DNA of 64,000 nucleotides from Thermoanaerobaculia bacterium (GTDB lineage Bacteria; Acidobacteriota; Thermoanaerobaculia; Gp7-AA8): NCBI GenBank assembly GCA_035688915.1, contig DASSMK010000346.1, positions 25,389 to 89,388 of the forward strand, read 5' to 3'. Shown piece by piece: positions 1 to 9,254 of this stretch (position 1 is its first letter; each line of letters starts with the position of its first letter). The notes under the pieces were generated by a model. It saw only the letters and a program-made list of their open reading frames with translations, ran no database searches and was not told where the DNA came from. The position numbers and the translations under genes were made by a program.

Positions 1-367
1 CCGTTCGTTCGTAGAGTTGGCGGTCGTCTGCCGTAAGCGCGCGCCGCTCGCTGCACGGGGACATGATCACGCCGTAGTACCTGCGCTCCGAGGTGTCGAC
101 GAGCCGTGCGATCTCCGCCGCATTAAGGTCTTTCGTCCTGCGGCACGGGTTCATCCGATCGTAGTACGGCAGCTCGTCGATCTCGAAGGTGCAATCCTCA
201 TAGCGTGTCGCGATCGGCTCAATACGCAATACGAAACGGACGGGCGACGCGAACTGGTCGCTGAAGGTCCGCGGCGAGGAGGCCGTGACGCACCGCGCCC
301 CACTGACGTAGCGCAGGACGGCGGGGGCGACATCGTTCGGTACGACCTCGCGGACGAAGATCGTCAT
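1..367 (-). CDS. hypothetical protein, partial (ATG at 365-367, reads leftward off the window edge)
   Basis: The minus-strand frame from the ATG translates without stops to position 1 (MTIFVREVVPNDVAPAVLRYVSGARCV...YEDCTFEIDELPYYDRMNPCRRTKDL...). Its composition is balanced, unlike the Arg-rich overlapping plus-strand ORF 17..583. It is absent from the ORF track because no stop lies in the window. Confidence 0.4.
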   Translation of the reverse strand, partial: MTIFVREVVPNDVAPAVLRYVSGARCVTASSPRTFSDQFASPVRFVLRIEPIATRYEDCTFEIDELPYYDRMNPCRRTKDLNAAEIARLVDTSERRYYGVIMSPCSERRALTADDRQLYERT

Positions 368-714
368 CCTCTCTTTCCACACGGACGGAGTGTAGTCAGA
401 CGACGTTGTCCAAGGATACGTGCCTGCGCGCAACGACTGCGGGATCGCGGCACCTATAGCGGCGATACCAAAGAGCCGAAGAACAGTGCGCCGCGAAGCG
501 ACACCTTCTCCAGAGTCGGAGAGGAGGGAGAGAACCGGCGTCTTCATGGGATGCTCCGGAGCCCGGGGGTTAGAACGGGCTAGTTACCGAGCGCCAATTC
601 GAAAAGTGTGCCAGCGAATAGGAAAAACAAAATGGCGCCGCGCTAACCCACGCGGCGCCTGTGCAGCGGGGTGGTAGACGCGATCGGCGTCTTCGGAGCA
701 CCCCCTAAAGGTCA

Positions 715-736
715 CTGCCCGCCGCGGGGCGGGCAG
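715..736. other. perfect 9-bp stem, 4-nt loop hairpin CTGCCCGCC-GCGG-GGCGGGCAG
   Basis: Read directly at 715-736. It lies in the non-coding gap 3' of the integrase-1 gene. No clear T-tract follows it, so a terminator role is uncertain. Confidence 0.3.
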
Positions 737-854
737 ACGGCTCGTGCCGCGTGGTCACTTATGCTGGCCAGTGCGTCGTGTCAACCGAGTCGTGGACATT
801 TTTTCTAGCTGCCGCGCGGCGATCTGCGCACAGTGCGTCGACCCTTGTTTTTAC

Positions 855-877
855 ATTGACGAAAATGCGGAAAAGCG
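855..877. repeat. integrase 3'-flank motif, copy 1: ATTGACG-AAAATGCGG-AAAAGCG
   Basis: The motif lies 14 nt downstream of the integrase-1 stop (minus strand). The same ATTGACG-N9-AAAAGCG arrangement is at 4916-4938, abutting the integrase-2 stop. Confidence 0.6.
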
Positions 878-891
878 TGCGTTCGCGCCGC

Positions 892-1494
892 TCAGCCGCC
901 ATCTGTCCGCGCGATCTCTCGCGAGGCCAGCGCTGCGCGGTACTTGGCCTCGCGTCGCTTGTTCGTGATGCGGAAGTAGATGAGCGTCGAGGAGATATCG
1001 CGATGCCCGAGCCAATCCTGCACATCCGCGACGTCCCAGTTGGCGTTCGCGAGATGCACGCCGATCGAATGCCGCAGCACGTGGACATGGCGGCGGTCGG
1101 TGGGAAGGCCGGCGGCGGCAGCGTACGTGTGGAAAAGCCGGTTAACTTCGCCGCCCGATAGCGGTTCATCACCGCGACGGCGACTGCGGAGAAGGTACGG
1201 CGATCCCTCGGTTCGTTCCGTGAGGTAGCGGGCGAGCAGTTCCTTACTTCGCGGGTGGAGCGGATACGCGCCTGACAACCCGTGCTTTCGACGCGCAATC
1301 CAGAGTTTTCCGTCCTGGAGGTGGTCCAGCTTGAGGAGCCCCGCTTCGCTGCGACGTAGGCCATGGCGGTAGACGAGATCAAAGAGCAACAGATCTCGCG
1401 TTCGTGCCTCGGGGATCTTGCGGAAGAAGCGCTCGACTTCTTCCCGAGAGAGGTACTTGATTGCGTCCTCATCTCCGCGCTGACCTTCCGCCAT
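892..1494 (-). CDS. tyrosine recombinase / phage-integrase-family protein (about 200 aa, Xer-like size)
   Basis: The C-terminal catalytic region reads HVHVLRHSIGVHLANANWDVADVQDWLGHRDISSTLIYFRI (R..H..R..Y signature). The N-terminus has the core-binding-like stretch LLFDLVYRHGLRRSEAGLLKLDHL. The start was moved to the internal Met (ATG read at 1492-1494); the longer ORF 892..1746 has an Arg/Ser-rich junk N-terminus. Confidence 0.85.
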   Translation of the reverse strand: MAEGQRGDEDAIKYLSREEVERFFRKIPEARTRDLLLFDLVYRHGLRRSEAGLLKLDHLQDGKLWIARRKHGLSGAYPLHPRSKELLARYLTERTEGSPYLLRSRRRGDEPLSGGEVNRLFHTYAAAAGLPTDRRHVHVLRHSIGVHLANANWDVADVQDWLGHRDISSTLIYFRITNKRREAKYRAALASREIARTDGG

Positions 1495-1930
1495 TCCGCG
1501 CTGCTTCTCCGCACGGCTGGCGACTCTAACGCTTTTCCGCAAAGACGTTCGTTGGGATGAGTTGGACGGGCGAGCGTCTCTCACTATGCAGCGCACGCCC
1601 GCGGACGTAAATACCGTCCGGACGCTCAACACGAACGCGTGAGGTACGACTGTATGGCGATACGACGCACGGCACCTCCGCACCCCACTAAGACACGTAA
1701 GGGCGGCTACTGTGCTCTTGTTCGCGCTCTGCGCATCGTGCTTCACGACGCTCGCACCTGTGGGGACGGTCGCTCACCTGCACCACCGCAAGCCGCGCCA
1801 CCGGTAGCGCCCCAGCAGCCACTGCTGCGTTCGCCCCTAGTGCGGGACGGTTCCCGTCGTACCCGGATTGTTCAACTTTGGACATCGCTCGTGGGCGATG
1901 TCGCCCCTCCGGAGTGAAGGTAGCCACGCG

Positions 1931-2620
1931 ATGCCGAAACGCATGAGATCCACCGCCGTCCCCAACAGCAAGGCTCCTACGGGTGTCACAGATCGCACGC
2001 TGATCCGCGAGCTCTTCATCGAGCGGATGCCGTTCTACTCCTTCGACGACACGCGTCGGCTCACGCGATCCACACCAGCGGCAATCGATGCAGCGATCGC
2101 CACTGGAGAGATCGCGCCCGAGACGTACCGCCAGCACGTCGTGCTCCCGTGGGATGACGTCGCGCGGCTCGCGCTCGACCGGTGGACGCCGAGGATGATT
2201 GATGGCGCGCTTGGCTCCACCGATCGGCTCGCCGCGATCCCCCTCCTCAACCGCGTCCAGCAGCTGGCGGTGTTCCTCCCGGTCTACCAAGTCCGGCTCC
2301 TGCACTACCTCGCGGAAACGAACCGCGGGCAGTTCCGTGCGCGCTTGAACGCGAGCGACGTGCTTGAACAACACCTCCTCGATCTGGCGAGCGCCGTGGA
2401 CGCCGATGAGCTTGAGCTAGCAATTCCAGGCTTCCAAGCGGCGTGTCACTACCCCACGTTCGTCCCGCGCGCTGACGACTGGGGTACCGCCTTCTGCTGG
2501 TACTGCGGACGCGTGAGTGACGTCCCGGGCCAACAGATCTGCACGGATTGCCACGCGCGTCACGAGCCCCGGCCACACCTCGGTGAAGACGGCATCCCAG
2601 AACTGGACGAGGAGGAGTGA
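1931..2620 (+). CDS. hypothetical protein with a C-terminal CxxC...CxxC zinc-ribbon-like motif
   Basis: ORF 1868..2620 with the start moved to MPKRMRSTAV, which has a GGAG-like site upstream. The C-terminus reads CWYCGRVSDVPGQQICTDCHARH. The overlapping minus-strand ORF 1688..2374 is Arg/Glu-rich and looks like a shadow ORF. Confidence 0.5.
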   Translation: MPKRMRSTAVPNSKAPTGVTDRTLIRELFIERMPFYSFDDTRRLTRSTPAAIDAAIATGEIAPETYRQHVVLPWDDVARLALDRWTPRMIDGALGSTDRLAAIPLLNRVQQLAVFLPVYQVRLLHYLAETNRGQFRARLNASDVLEQHLLDLASAVDADELELAIPGFQAACHYPTFVPRADDWGTAFCWYCGRVSDVPGQQICTDCHARHEPRPHLGEDGIPELDEEE

Positions 2621-2687
2621 TACAGGTGATGCAGACGAACGAGCGAATCTTTTTTTGCGTCTGTAAGACACTGAAAGGAGTCATGCC

Positions 2688-2879
2688 GTGCACGACGGAA
2701 TGACGCGACGTGGCGTTCTCCTACAGCTCCTGACAATTTCGGGGACGCGCTTTACGAACGTCGCCTCTACGCCTGTGTTGCCGCCACCTTTCGCGACATG
2801 GTCCGAGATACCGGCAGCACAATCCGTCAGTCGCCGCGCTGTGTGCGCCGTGTTTCGCAAAGGTGGTCGCCGTGGCTGA
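2688..2879 (+). CDS. small hypothetical protein (63 aa)
   Basis: AAAGGAG lies about 7 nt upstream of the GTG at 2688. The ORF overlaps the next gene by 17 nt. Coding status is uncertain. Confidence 0.3.
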   Translation: MHDGMTRRGVLLQLLTISGTRFTNVASTPVLPPPFATWSEIPAAQSVSRRAVCAVFRKGGRRG

Positions 2880-3597
2880 GCAGGTGGTGTACGAGCGCAT
2901 CGGCTCACCGCGGAAGCTTCGCCGCCGGACGCAACGTACTACCTGGCACTGTCGAATTCACCACGTGCCAGAAGAACGGTTCCACCGCGCCGACGCCATC
3001 CACGTGGCGGCGCACGCGGTGGTCGCGTCGGACTTCGATATCCCCATCCGGCGCGCCATCTTCGATGGACGGCACCGGGTCTTCGAGGCGGAGTGGGCAT
3101 CGCTCGCATATGCGCGGGACAACGCGAGCCGTGAGGCGCGGATCGCGCTCGAGCACGACTGCATCACCGTTCAGTGCGGCGTCGTCGGTCGAGCGCTCGC
3201 GCTCGGGTGGTCGCACAAGGTGTGGGGCTGGGACGACGGATCGCTCGCGCACGACCTCATGGAGCGTATGGTCTACGACAGCTACGTGCGGTCAGCATGG
3301 GACGCGTACCAGCGTGAGCGCGCACGGGTGCTCCTCAACGATCCGCGGACGTGGACGCGCGTAGAACTCCTCGCGCAACAGCTGCGCGTCGTGCGGTCGA
3401 TGGACGGTACCGCGGTCGCTGGGTTCCTCGCAGAGCTCACCACCGACGCGACCGTGGTGCCCTCTGGCGCGTCTTGGCGCACACCCCCGACTCCGGGTGT
3501 CGAGCCGAACGCCGTCCTCGTGTGGCGCCGGCCGACGCTCACCGAGGCGCTGAAGGGCATGAACGGCTACGAAGCGGCGCAGCAGGAGGACTGGTGA
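2863..3597 (+). CDS. hypothetical protein; degenerate paralog of the downstream HEAGH peptidase-like protein (HVAAHAVVA in place of HEAGHAVAA)
   Basis: ORF 2863..3597. Its stop overlaps the next start in TGATGA. The segment ADAIHVAAHAVVASDFDIPIRRAIF aligns by eye with VLVHEAGHAVAAWELGVRIGAVRV of the next gene. Confidence 0.55.
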   Translation: MVAVAEQVVYERIGSPRKLRRRTQRTTWHCRIHHVPEERFHRADAIHVAAHAVVASDFDIPIRRAIFDGRHRVFEAEWASLAYARDNASREARIALEHDCITVQCGVVGRALALGWSHKVWGWDDGSLAHDLMERMVYDSYVRSAWDAYQRERARVLLNDPRTWTRVELLAQQLRVVRSMDGTAVAGFLAELTTDATVVPSGASWRTPPTPGVEPNAVLVWRRPTLTEALKGMNGYEAAQQEDW

Positions 3598-4229
3598 TGA
3601 CGATCGCGCGTCTGCAACGGGGTGTGACGCTTACGGACGTCCTGGTGCACGAGGCCGGGCACGCGGTTGCGGCCTGGGAACTCGGCGTGCGCATCGGCGC
3701 GGTGCGCGTGCACGTGCGCGTATGCGAAGGCAGGATGACATTCGCGAGCGACGTGGGGCTCGGCCGTTTCCCGGTGGGCTCAGATGCGCTGCGGCTCGCA
3801 ATCGAGCGGGAGATGGTCGTGTTCCACGCGGGCCTCGTCGCGCAGCGGCGGTTTCACTACGAGGGCGCGTGGGGGCTCGTGCCACGCACGGACTATGAAG
3901 GCATCCTCGCAGTGGCATCGCAGATCGAGACCGACCAACGCCTCATCGACGAGTGGTCGGACTACGCGGAGGAGCAGGCGCGCGCGCTGATCGAGCTCCC
4001 GCAGACCTGGCGGCGAATCGAGGCGCTCGCGGTCGAACTCGCGCGGCAACCGGTGCTCCATGGTAGCGAGATCGACGCGTTCCTCTCCGGTATCCGCGTG
4101 CCGAAAGTCGGGAACGCTCGGCGCAGGTACCGGCGACGCGAGGCGAAGGAGCTGTTCTGCCTCACGCACGATCCTGAGGATCGGGAGCCACTGGAGCGCG
4201 CGATCGCGTCCGTGCGGGGGACGCGATGA
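3597..4229 (+). CDS. putative zinc metallopeptidase-like protein (HExxH; FtsH/M41-like HEAGHA motif) with no ATPase domain
   Basis: The start was reassigned to the ATG at 3597, which overlaps the upstream stop; the ORF-track N-terminal extension 3351-3596 overlaps the upstream gene. The motif is LTDVLVHEAGHAVAAW. Confidence 0.55.
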   Translation: MTIARLQRGVTLTDVLVHEAGHAVAAWELGVRIGAVRVHVRVCEGRMTFASDVGLGRFPVGSDALRLAIEREMVVFHAGLVAQRRFHYEGAWGLVPRTDYEGILAVASQIETDQRLIDEWSDYAEEQARALIELPQTWRRIEALAVELARQPVLHGSEIDAFLSGIRVPKVGNARRRYRRREAKELFCLTHDPEDREPLERAIASVRGTR

Positions 4230-4434
4230 CGGATGCCTTCTTCGACCATCGTCGGAGGTTCATGTGCGCGTGCAGCCGCCTGCTGCGGTGGCACTGGAGC
4301 AGGGCGGCGAACCGAACGGCCCTGCCGAGACTACGGCTGCGCCGCGTTCCGGGGCGGAGGCCATCTGCCGCTGCGGCAATGGCAAGAACGTACGCGAGCA
4401 GCACCCGAATGGGGCACTGTGAAGAGGCGGACGA

Positions 4435-4824
4435 GTGCGGGTGCACGGAGGCTTAGGCGACATGATTCGGGTCGATGATTTCCCTGTGATCGAGTCAAAG
4501 ATTCGATCGGCGTTGCGACGAGCAGGCGTGAAACGGCGCGTCGTCGAAACACGCATGCAGCGGATCGTCCGCGCGGCGAGCACGATCATGAACCCCTGCA
4601 TGTCGCTCCAGCACGCCGCTACGACAATCAGCGTCGCCGACCTCTACGGCGCGCTGTTCATGGTCGTCGTCGCCGACACGTTCCGCGATGGTGAGCAGCC
4701 GGGGATTGCCGGCGACTTCTTCCAATTCACGGAGAACGATGTCGCGCTGCTCCACCGTGTATTTGTACTGCTGCACGAGCGCTACTTCGGCTTTCCGCCC
4801 TATGGTCTCGATCGAGAGCTCTAG
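4435..4824 (+). CDS. hypothetical protein
   Basis: ORF with protein-like composition. An alternative start is Met10 at 4462. Confidence 0.4.
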   Translation: MRVHGGLGDMIRVDDFPVIESKIRSALRRAGVKRRVVETRMQRIVRAASTIMNPCMSLQHAATTISVADLYGALFMVVVADTFRDGEQPGIAGDFFQFTENDVALLHRVFVLLHERYFGFPPYGLDREL

Positions 4825-4915
4825 CCCACCGTCGCCGTCACTCCTTGTCTTGGCGGATCCACGCCGTTCTCCTTTCGCGCGGAGACTTAGCTCGTTGACC
4901 GACTCATCAATTTCG

Positions 4916-4938
4916 ATTGACGCTTTTGATGAAAAGCG
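4916..4938. repeat. integrase 3'-flank motif, copy 2: ATTGACG-CTTTTGATG-AAAAGCG
   Basis: It directly abuts the integrase-2 stop codon (4939-4941). The local region is AT-richer than the rest of the window. A 7-bp inverted repeat TCATCAA/TTGATGA (4899-4905 and 4921-4927) overlaps it. Confidence 0.6.
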
Positions 4939-5586
4939 CTACTCCGGTGCGGTAACCGCAAAGTCGTTCGACCGAACCATTCGCTCATAATTCTGATCCC
5001 TCCGCTTGTTTGTAATCCGTGCATAGACGAGCGTCGACGTGATTGACCGATGTCCCAGCCAATCCTGTACGTCGGCCGCGTCAAAACCGGCGTTCATCAT
5101 GTGCACCGCGACCGAGTGTCGCAGGACGTGCACGTGGCGGCGGTCTTCCGAAATCCCGGCGCGCGTCGCGTAGTGGCGAAATAGCTGGTAAATGAGCGCG
5201 ACGGAAAGAGGGTTGGGGCGATGCCGGAGGCCGCGGAGAAGAAAGCGGCAGCCGTCGAATCGCCGCTCTTCCTGTAGGTACCGTCGGAGGAGTTTCCGTG
5301 TGACGGGGTGTAGCGAGTACGTACCCGGCACCGCGCCTTTCAGGCGTGGAATCCAGATGCGATCTTCCGGAAGCACGTCCTCGAGCCGCAGCAACGTCGC
5401 CTCGCGGCGGCGGAGGCCGTGGCGATAGATCAGGTCGAACATGAGCTGGTCACGAGTGTTGTCCGGCGAGATAGTGCGGAAGACCTGCTCGACCTCATCT
5501 TTCGTGAGGTACGAAATGGCACCTCGGCCGCCGATCGCCGCGCGCAGGCCTTCGTCGATGGTCGGCAGTGTCACGCTTTTCATCAA
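4939..5586 (-). CDS. tyrosine recombinase / phage-integrase-family protein, paralog of 892..1494
   Basis: The catalytic region HVHVLRHSVAVHMMNAGFDAADVQDWLGHRSITSTLVYARI and the stretch QLMFDLIYRHGLRRREATLLRLEDV are collinear with integrase 1. Confidence 0.85.
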   Translation of the reverse strand: MMKSVTLPTIDEGLRAAIGGRGAISYLTKDEVEQVFRTISPDNTRDQLMFDLIYRHGLRRREATLLRLEDVLPEDRIWIPRLKGAVPGTYSLHPVTRKLLRRYLQEERRFDGCRFLLRGLRHRPNPLSVALIYQLFRHYATRAGISEDRRHVHVLRHSVAVHMMNAGFDAADVQDWLGHRSITSTLVYARITNKRRDQNYERMVRSNDFAVTAPE

Positions 5587-5700
5587 AAAGAGGAGTTAGG
5601 GAACTCAAGGAGTGTGCAACTAGTCCAAGGCTCCGTAAAGCAGTCGCTCTCTGCGCCTCACCGGCTGCGGCAGGCGTTTGTCGTCGTGGTTGTCCCGTTG

Positions 5701-6345
5701 ATGTTCGCGTGCAGAGAGTCCAAGCTGCGATCCGCGCTCAGCGGAGGCCCTCCCGATGCAGTCGTCCGCGCCGCCGTCGCGCTCCAGGCGAGCACGCCGT
5801 ACACGGTGCCGGACGGTTTTCAGTACGACAGCGCGGACGAGTCCTCTGCGCTTACCGCCGCTGACCGAGCAAACGGTACGGACCGGCGTTACCGCATCTC
5901 TTGGACAGCGCCCGGTCGAGGATCGGCTGCGAGCGACGCGGGCGAGCGCTTTACGCTGACCCACCGTACGTCCGGCGAGTGGGACGCGCACAACCTCGCG
6001 GCGTTCAACGCGGACGGCAGCTTCCTTACGAACGGGGAGGACTTCTCCGGCACGTACGCGGGCACATCGCCCATGCGCGGCTTTCGAGATGTCGTCCTCA
6101 TACTGCGACGCGAAGGTACAACGCACGTCGGTGAGATCCGCTTCTGGTACGGCAGCGAGAATCACGCCTTCCGTATCATCGCCTTTCATTGGCCGCGTGC
6201 GGGCGAGCAGATCGTGTGCTGGCTCCAGGATCTCGACTCAACCGCGAAGACAGTGAAGGCAACCACCGTCCACGAACGCGGTGGAGGGTTTCACTTCAAC
6301 CTTCCGGGGCAGGCCTCGGACTTCACCTTTCGGCGCCGGTCATGA
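5701..6345 (+). CDS. hypothetical protein
   Basis: ORF 5419..6345. The start was moved to Met95 (5701) because the first 56 codons overlap the integrase-2 CDS on the opposite strand. The protein runs MFACRESKLRSAL...GEIRFWYGSENHAF. Confidence 0.5.
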   Translation: MFACRESKLRSALSGGPPDAVVRAAVALQASTPYTVPDGFQYDSADESSALTAADRANGTDRRYRISWTAPGRGSAASDAGERFTLTHRTSGEWDAHNLAAFNADGSFLTNGEDFSGTYAGTSPMRGFRDVVLILRREGTTHVGEIRFWYGSENHAFRIIAFHWPRAGEQIVCWLQDLDSTAKTVKATTVHERGGGFHFNLPGQASDFTFRRRS

Positions 6346-6379
6346 TCCGTCGCAGAAGGCATCCTCGGTATCAGCAGAA

Positions 6380-8953
6380 TCACCGTGGGGGTGCATACCG
6401 AAACCAGCGCGATGGCTCTTCAAGGTCGTAGTACTGCGTGATCGCCTCGACGATTTGCTGTGCCTCGGTAGCAACACTTCGCACGACGTCGTCATCCACG
6501 CCAGCATCCACGAGATCGAGCGCGGCGAACGCCCTATGTAGACGCGCGTGCGCGCGCACGGGCTGCCAGACAGCTGTCGAGAAACTATCGAATGTCCGTC
6601 GCGCGCCCTCGAGATCTCCGAGCGTCAGCTCCGCGAGTATCGCGGTCCGGCGCGCCAGCGCCGACTGCGTGCCGCCAATCTCAACGAGCGCAGAGCGCGC
6701 GGCGTCGGGATCGCCGGTCGTGGCGTAGCATAGAGCGAGATGCGCTCGAAATTCCGCGCCAATTTCCCTTTCCCCCACCCGATTTTGCGGTCGTTCCTTG
6801 ATCACGGGAAGCAGCGTCGCAATAGCTTCCTCCCATCGCTCGTGCGCGATCGCCAGACGCGCATCGAAAAGCAACATCCATCGCCGGTCCCACAACGACG
6901 ACTTCCGGTGCGCATGAATCGCCGCCGCCTCGCGGTGGTACTTCACAGCAGGCTCCCATGCACCGATGTCGGCGCAGAAGTGAGCGGCGCGCTCAACGGA
7001 CTGGAGGTAGCGGAGGTCGCGGTACGGCAGCTTCCGTCGGAGCTGGACCTCGTGCTGCAACAACAGTCCGTACGAACGAATATCGAGCTCGGACAGCTTC
7101 CCCACGAGACTCTGCAGCGCAAGCAGCGCAACGTACGCAGGGGCAGATTCCGAGAACGTGATCGCCTCTTGGTATGGCCGCTGATCGTTGAAAAGCTTTG
7201 CCTTTCGGTAATTGTGGACCCAACCGATCTCCACGGCGCGCGGGTCGTGACTTCGAGGAACCGCCCAGACGTACGCCTGGAACGCCTCATCGTTGAACGG
7301 TGAGCCATCGTGGAGCCATGAGGCAAACGCATGCACGAGCTGGACGAGCAGCTCGTGCACGATGGGGTCTTTCGAGGGGACAGCCGCCCACTTGACCGCC
7401 GCGAGAAAGTTCGCGCGCTCACGCAGCACTTCCTCGTGACACTCTCGGCGGATCTGTTCGTCGGGATCATCGCTCGGCCATTCCCACTCGTGATAGCCGT
7501 CGAGCGATCGGTGCCATGCAGCGATGTTCGCATGCGCCACGGCCGTCGCACGTGCCGCGAAGTAGGCGGCGTGCCGGCGTGCCGCATCCCACGCCGTCGT
7601 GTCTTCCTCGGCGAGCATTCGGGCGTACAGGCGGACGAGGTCGTGCAGGTGGTAGCGATCGGTCGTCGGAGAGGGCAGGACCAGCGAACATCGAACGAGG
7701 TTGCGAAGGGCACGCGGATGCGGGATGTCCGCGACGGCGCACGCTGCCTCCGCGGAGAAGTCCGCAGGAAACACGCCGAGGCAGCGAAACATCTGCGCCG
7801 ATGCTGGATCGAGACGGCGGAAACTCACGCTGAGACTCGTAGCGACGTCGAGGGTTAAATCACTAGCGAGCGATAGCGCGGCGAGGCGGGTGCGCTCGTC
7901 CTCCAACTCTCGGGCATACGCCGCGAACGAGACGTCGGGATGCTGCTCCAGCACGGCACCTGCGGCGCGGATCGCGAGCGGCAGGTAGCCACACCGCGGG
8001 GCTATCTGCGCCGCCGCGTCGCTCCCATCGGGAGGTGGCTCTCGCTGCGTGATCCGAATGAGGAGCGCACGTGCGTCCGTTGGCTCGAGCACCGCGAGAT
8101 TCCACCAGACGGCGCCGGCAATGTGGAACCGTTCGCGCGTCGTCACCAAGAAGACGGCACCGGGCGGAGGGCGCAGGTGTGCGAACACGGCCGGATCTTG
8201 GATGTCGTCGAAGAGCACGACACCGCGTTTTCCGGCGATGGCTTGGTAGAACTGCGGCAACAGGGTCTCGCCACCGGTCGCGCCGAGCTGCCCGAGGAGA
8301 TCGCCGAGGATCCTGTCTTGCGATGCGGGGCTGGCGTTGTCGCCGCGCGTCGCCGAGAACAGCGCGTAATCTGAAAACTCGTTCGCGAGGCCGTGCGCGA
8401 TGGCGATCGCAATCGATGTCTTCCCCACCCCACCCATGCCGTGAAACGCGAGCACGACCCCCTCGGTGGCGGCATACGCGACCCGCACGGCGTCAGTAAC
8501 GTCCGCGTCGCGACCAGCGAAATCTCGGATCAGCGGCGGGATCGCAGAACCGCGCGAGGTCGTTGGACCAACTGGCGACGTCCGAGTACTCCTGCTGTCC
8601 GCGAACGGCACGGGCTCAACCAGGGCATCGAGGTAGATCGCCGTCCGGCCGTGGTCGCCGCGGTCGACGTGCCACGGTCCGAACACCGCGACTAGATAGG
8701 GGCGACCGGACCCTTCCACGGTGACAGGGCGCGGCGCATCGATCGACCCGCAGAACTTGCGGAGATCGTCGCGCAAGCGGTTCAGCGTCATGCGCACGTT
8801 CTCGGGCGATTCACCGAGGAGCGTCTGCAGACCTTCCCTCGACCACGCGCGTGGGTGCGCCGTCTGACGACCCCGCTCGATCCACTGGGCGACGTCTTCG
8901 ACGAGCTGGTCCGTGAGCGCCTCGTAGGCGCCTGCCTTCTTGCGCCGCTTCAT
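6380..8953 (-). CDS. SARP/AfsR-like STAND regulator: OmpR-type winged-helix DNA-binding region, NB-ARC ATPase, TPR repeats
   Basis: N-terminal stretch RMTLNRLRDDLRK...VTVEGSGRPYLVAVFGPW resembles an OmpR-family wHTH. Walker A is GMGGVGKTSIAIAIA, Walker B is VVLFDDIQD, then LVTTRERF and a GLPLA-like GYLPLAIRAAG motif. The C-terminal about 350 aa is helical with TPR-like repeats. Confidence 0.75.
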   Translation of the reverse strand: MKRRKKAGAYEALTDQLVEDVAQWIERGRQTAHPRAWSREGLQTLLGESPENVRMTLNRLRDDLRKFCGSIDAPRPVTVEGSGRPYLVAVFGPWHVDRGDHGRTAIYLDALVEPVPFADSRSTRTSPVGPTTSRGSAIPPLIRDFAGRDADVTDAVRVAYAATEGVVLAFHGMGGVGKTSIAIAIAHGLANEFSDYALFSATRGDNASPASQDRILGDLLGQLGATGGETLLPQFYQAIAGKRGVVLFDDIQDPAVFAHLRPPPGAVFLVTTRERFHIAGAVWWNLAVLEPTDARALLIRITQREPPPDGSDAAAQIAPRCGYLPLAIRAAGAVLEQHPDVSFAAYARELEDERTRLAALSLASDLTLDVATSLSVSFRRLDPASAQMFRCLGVFPADFSAEAACAVADIPHPRALRNLVRCSLVLPSPTTDRYHLHDLVRLYARMLAEEDTTAWDAARRHAAYFAARATAVAHANIAAWHRSLDGYHEWEWPSDDPDEQIRRECHEEVLRERANFLAAVKWAAVPSKDPIVHELLVQLVHAFASWLHDGSPFNDEAFQAYVWAVPRSHDPRAVEIGWVHNYRKAKLFNDQRPYQEAITFSESAPAYVALLALQSLVGKLSELDIRSYGLLLQHEVQLRRKLPYRDLRYLQSVERAAHFCADIGAWEPAVKYHREAAAIHAHRKSSLWDRRWMLLFDARLAIAHERWEEAIATLLPVIKERPQNRVGEREIGAEFRAHLALCYATTGDPDAARSALVEIGGTQSALARRTAILAELTLGDLEGARRTFDSFSTAVWQPVRAHARLHRAFAALDLVDAGVDDDVVRSVATEAQQIVEAITQYYDLEEPSRWFRYAPPR

Positions 8954-9166
8954 GTCGCGGAACCGCCGGCGGAAGTCCCGTATGGCGTCCGCTGCGGCCG
9001 CGGAGTCCGGTGCAGGCGGCCGCTCGTTTTCCGCGTCGTCCCTAATGTTCGCCTCGTGTTCTTCGCGTTCGCCTCAGCTCATGCGCCAAGGCCCACGCGC
9101 GGCCGATGGTGCAAACACGCCCACGGGGCGAATTCACTCGCGGCGGCTCGCGCGCACAGTTCAAGC

Positions 9167-9190
9167 GAGACGGTTCGCAACAACCGTCTC
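9167..9190. promoter_or_regulatory. inverted repeat GAGACGGTT-CGCAAC-AACCGTCTC in the divergent intergenic region
   Basis: A perfect 9-bp arm hairpin or operator candidate about 65 bp upstream of the 9255 start. It sits in the 300-bp gap between the divergent SARP-like gene and the 9255 gene. Confidence 0.35.
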
Positions 9191-9254
9191 ACTTCGGCTG
9201 ACTGGGGATTCCCCCAGCGCGCCGGCCCGTCCGCCAAAGGAGAACTAACCTCCC

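Noticed and set aside
17-583. 188-aa plus-strand ORF at the left edge
   Set aside because: Arg/Gly-rich composition typical of an out-of-frame shadow ORF in GC-rich DNA. The opposite-strand frame from ATG 367 gives a balanced, protein-like sequence instead.
759-1746. 251-aa minus-strand ORF (759..1514) and the N-terminal extension of the integrase ORF (1495..1746)
   Set aside because: The 251-aa ORF is in a different frame, overlapping the recombinase with an Arg/Ser-rich product. The integrase extension (MKHDAQ...RAEKQRG) is low-complexity. The recombinase fold begins at the internal Met at 1494.
3351-3596. N-terminal extension of the HEAGH peptidase-like ORF
   Set aside because: It overlaps the upstream gene in another frame and is Arg-rich. 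The ATG at 3597 overlaps the upstream stop (TGATGA), typical of translational coupling.
5419-5700. N-terminal 94 codons of ORF 5419..6345
   Set aside because: It overlaps the integrase-2 CDS on the opposite strand. The start was moved to the first Met beyond the overlap.
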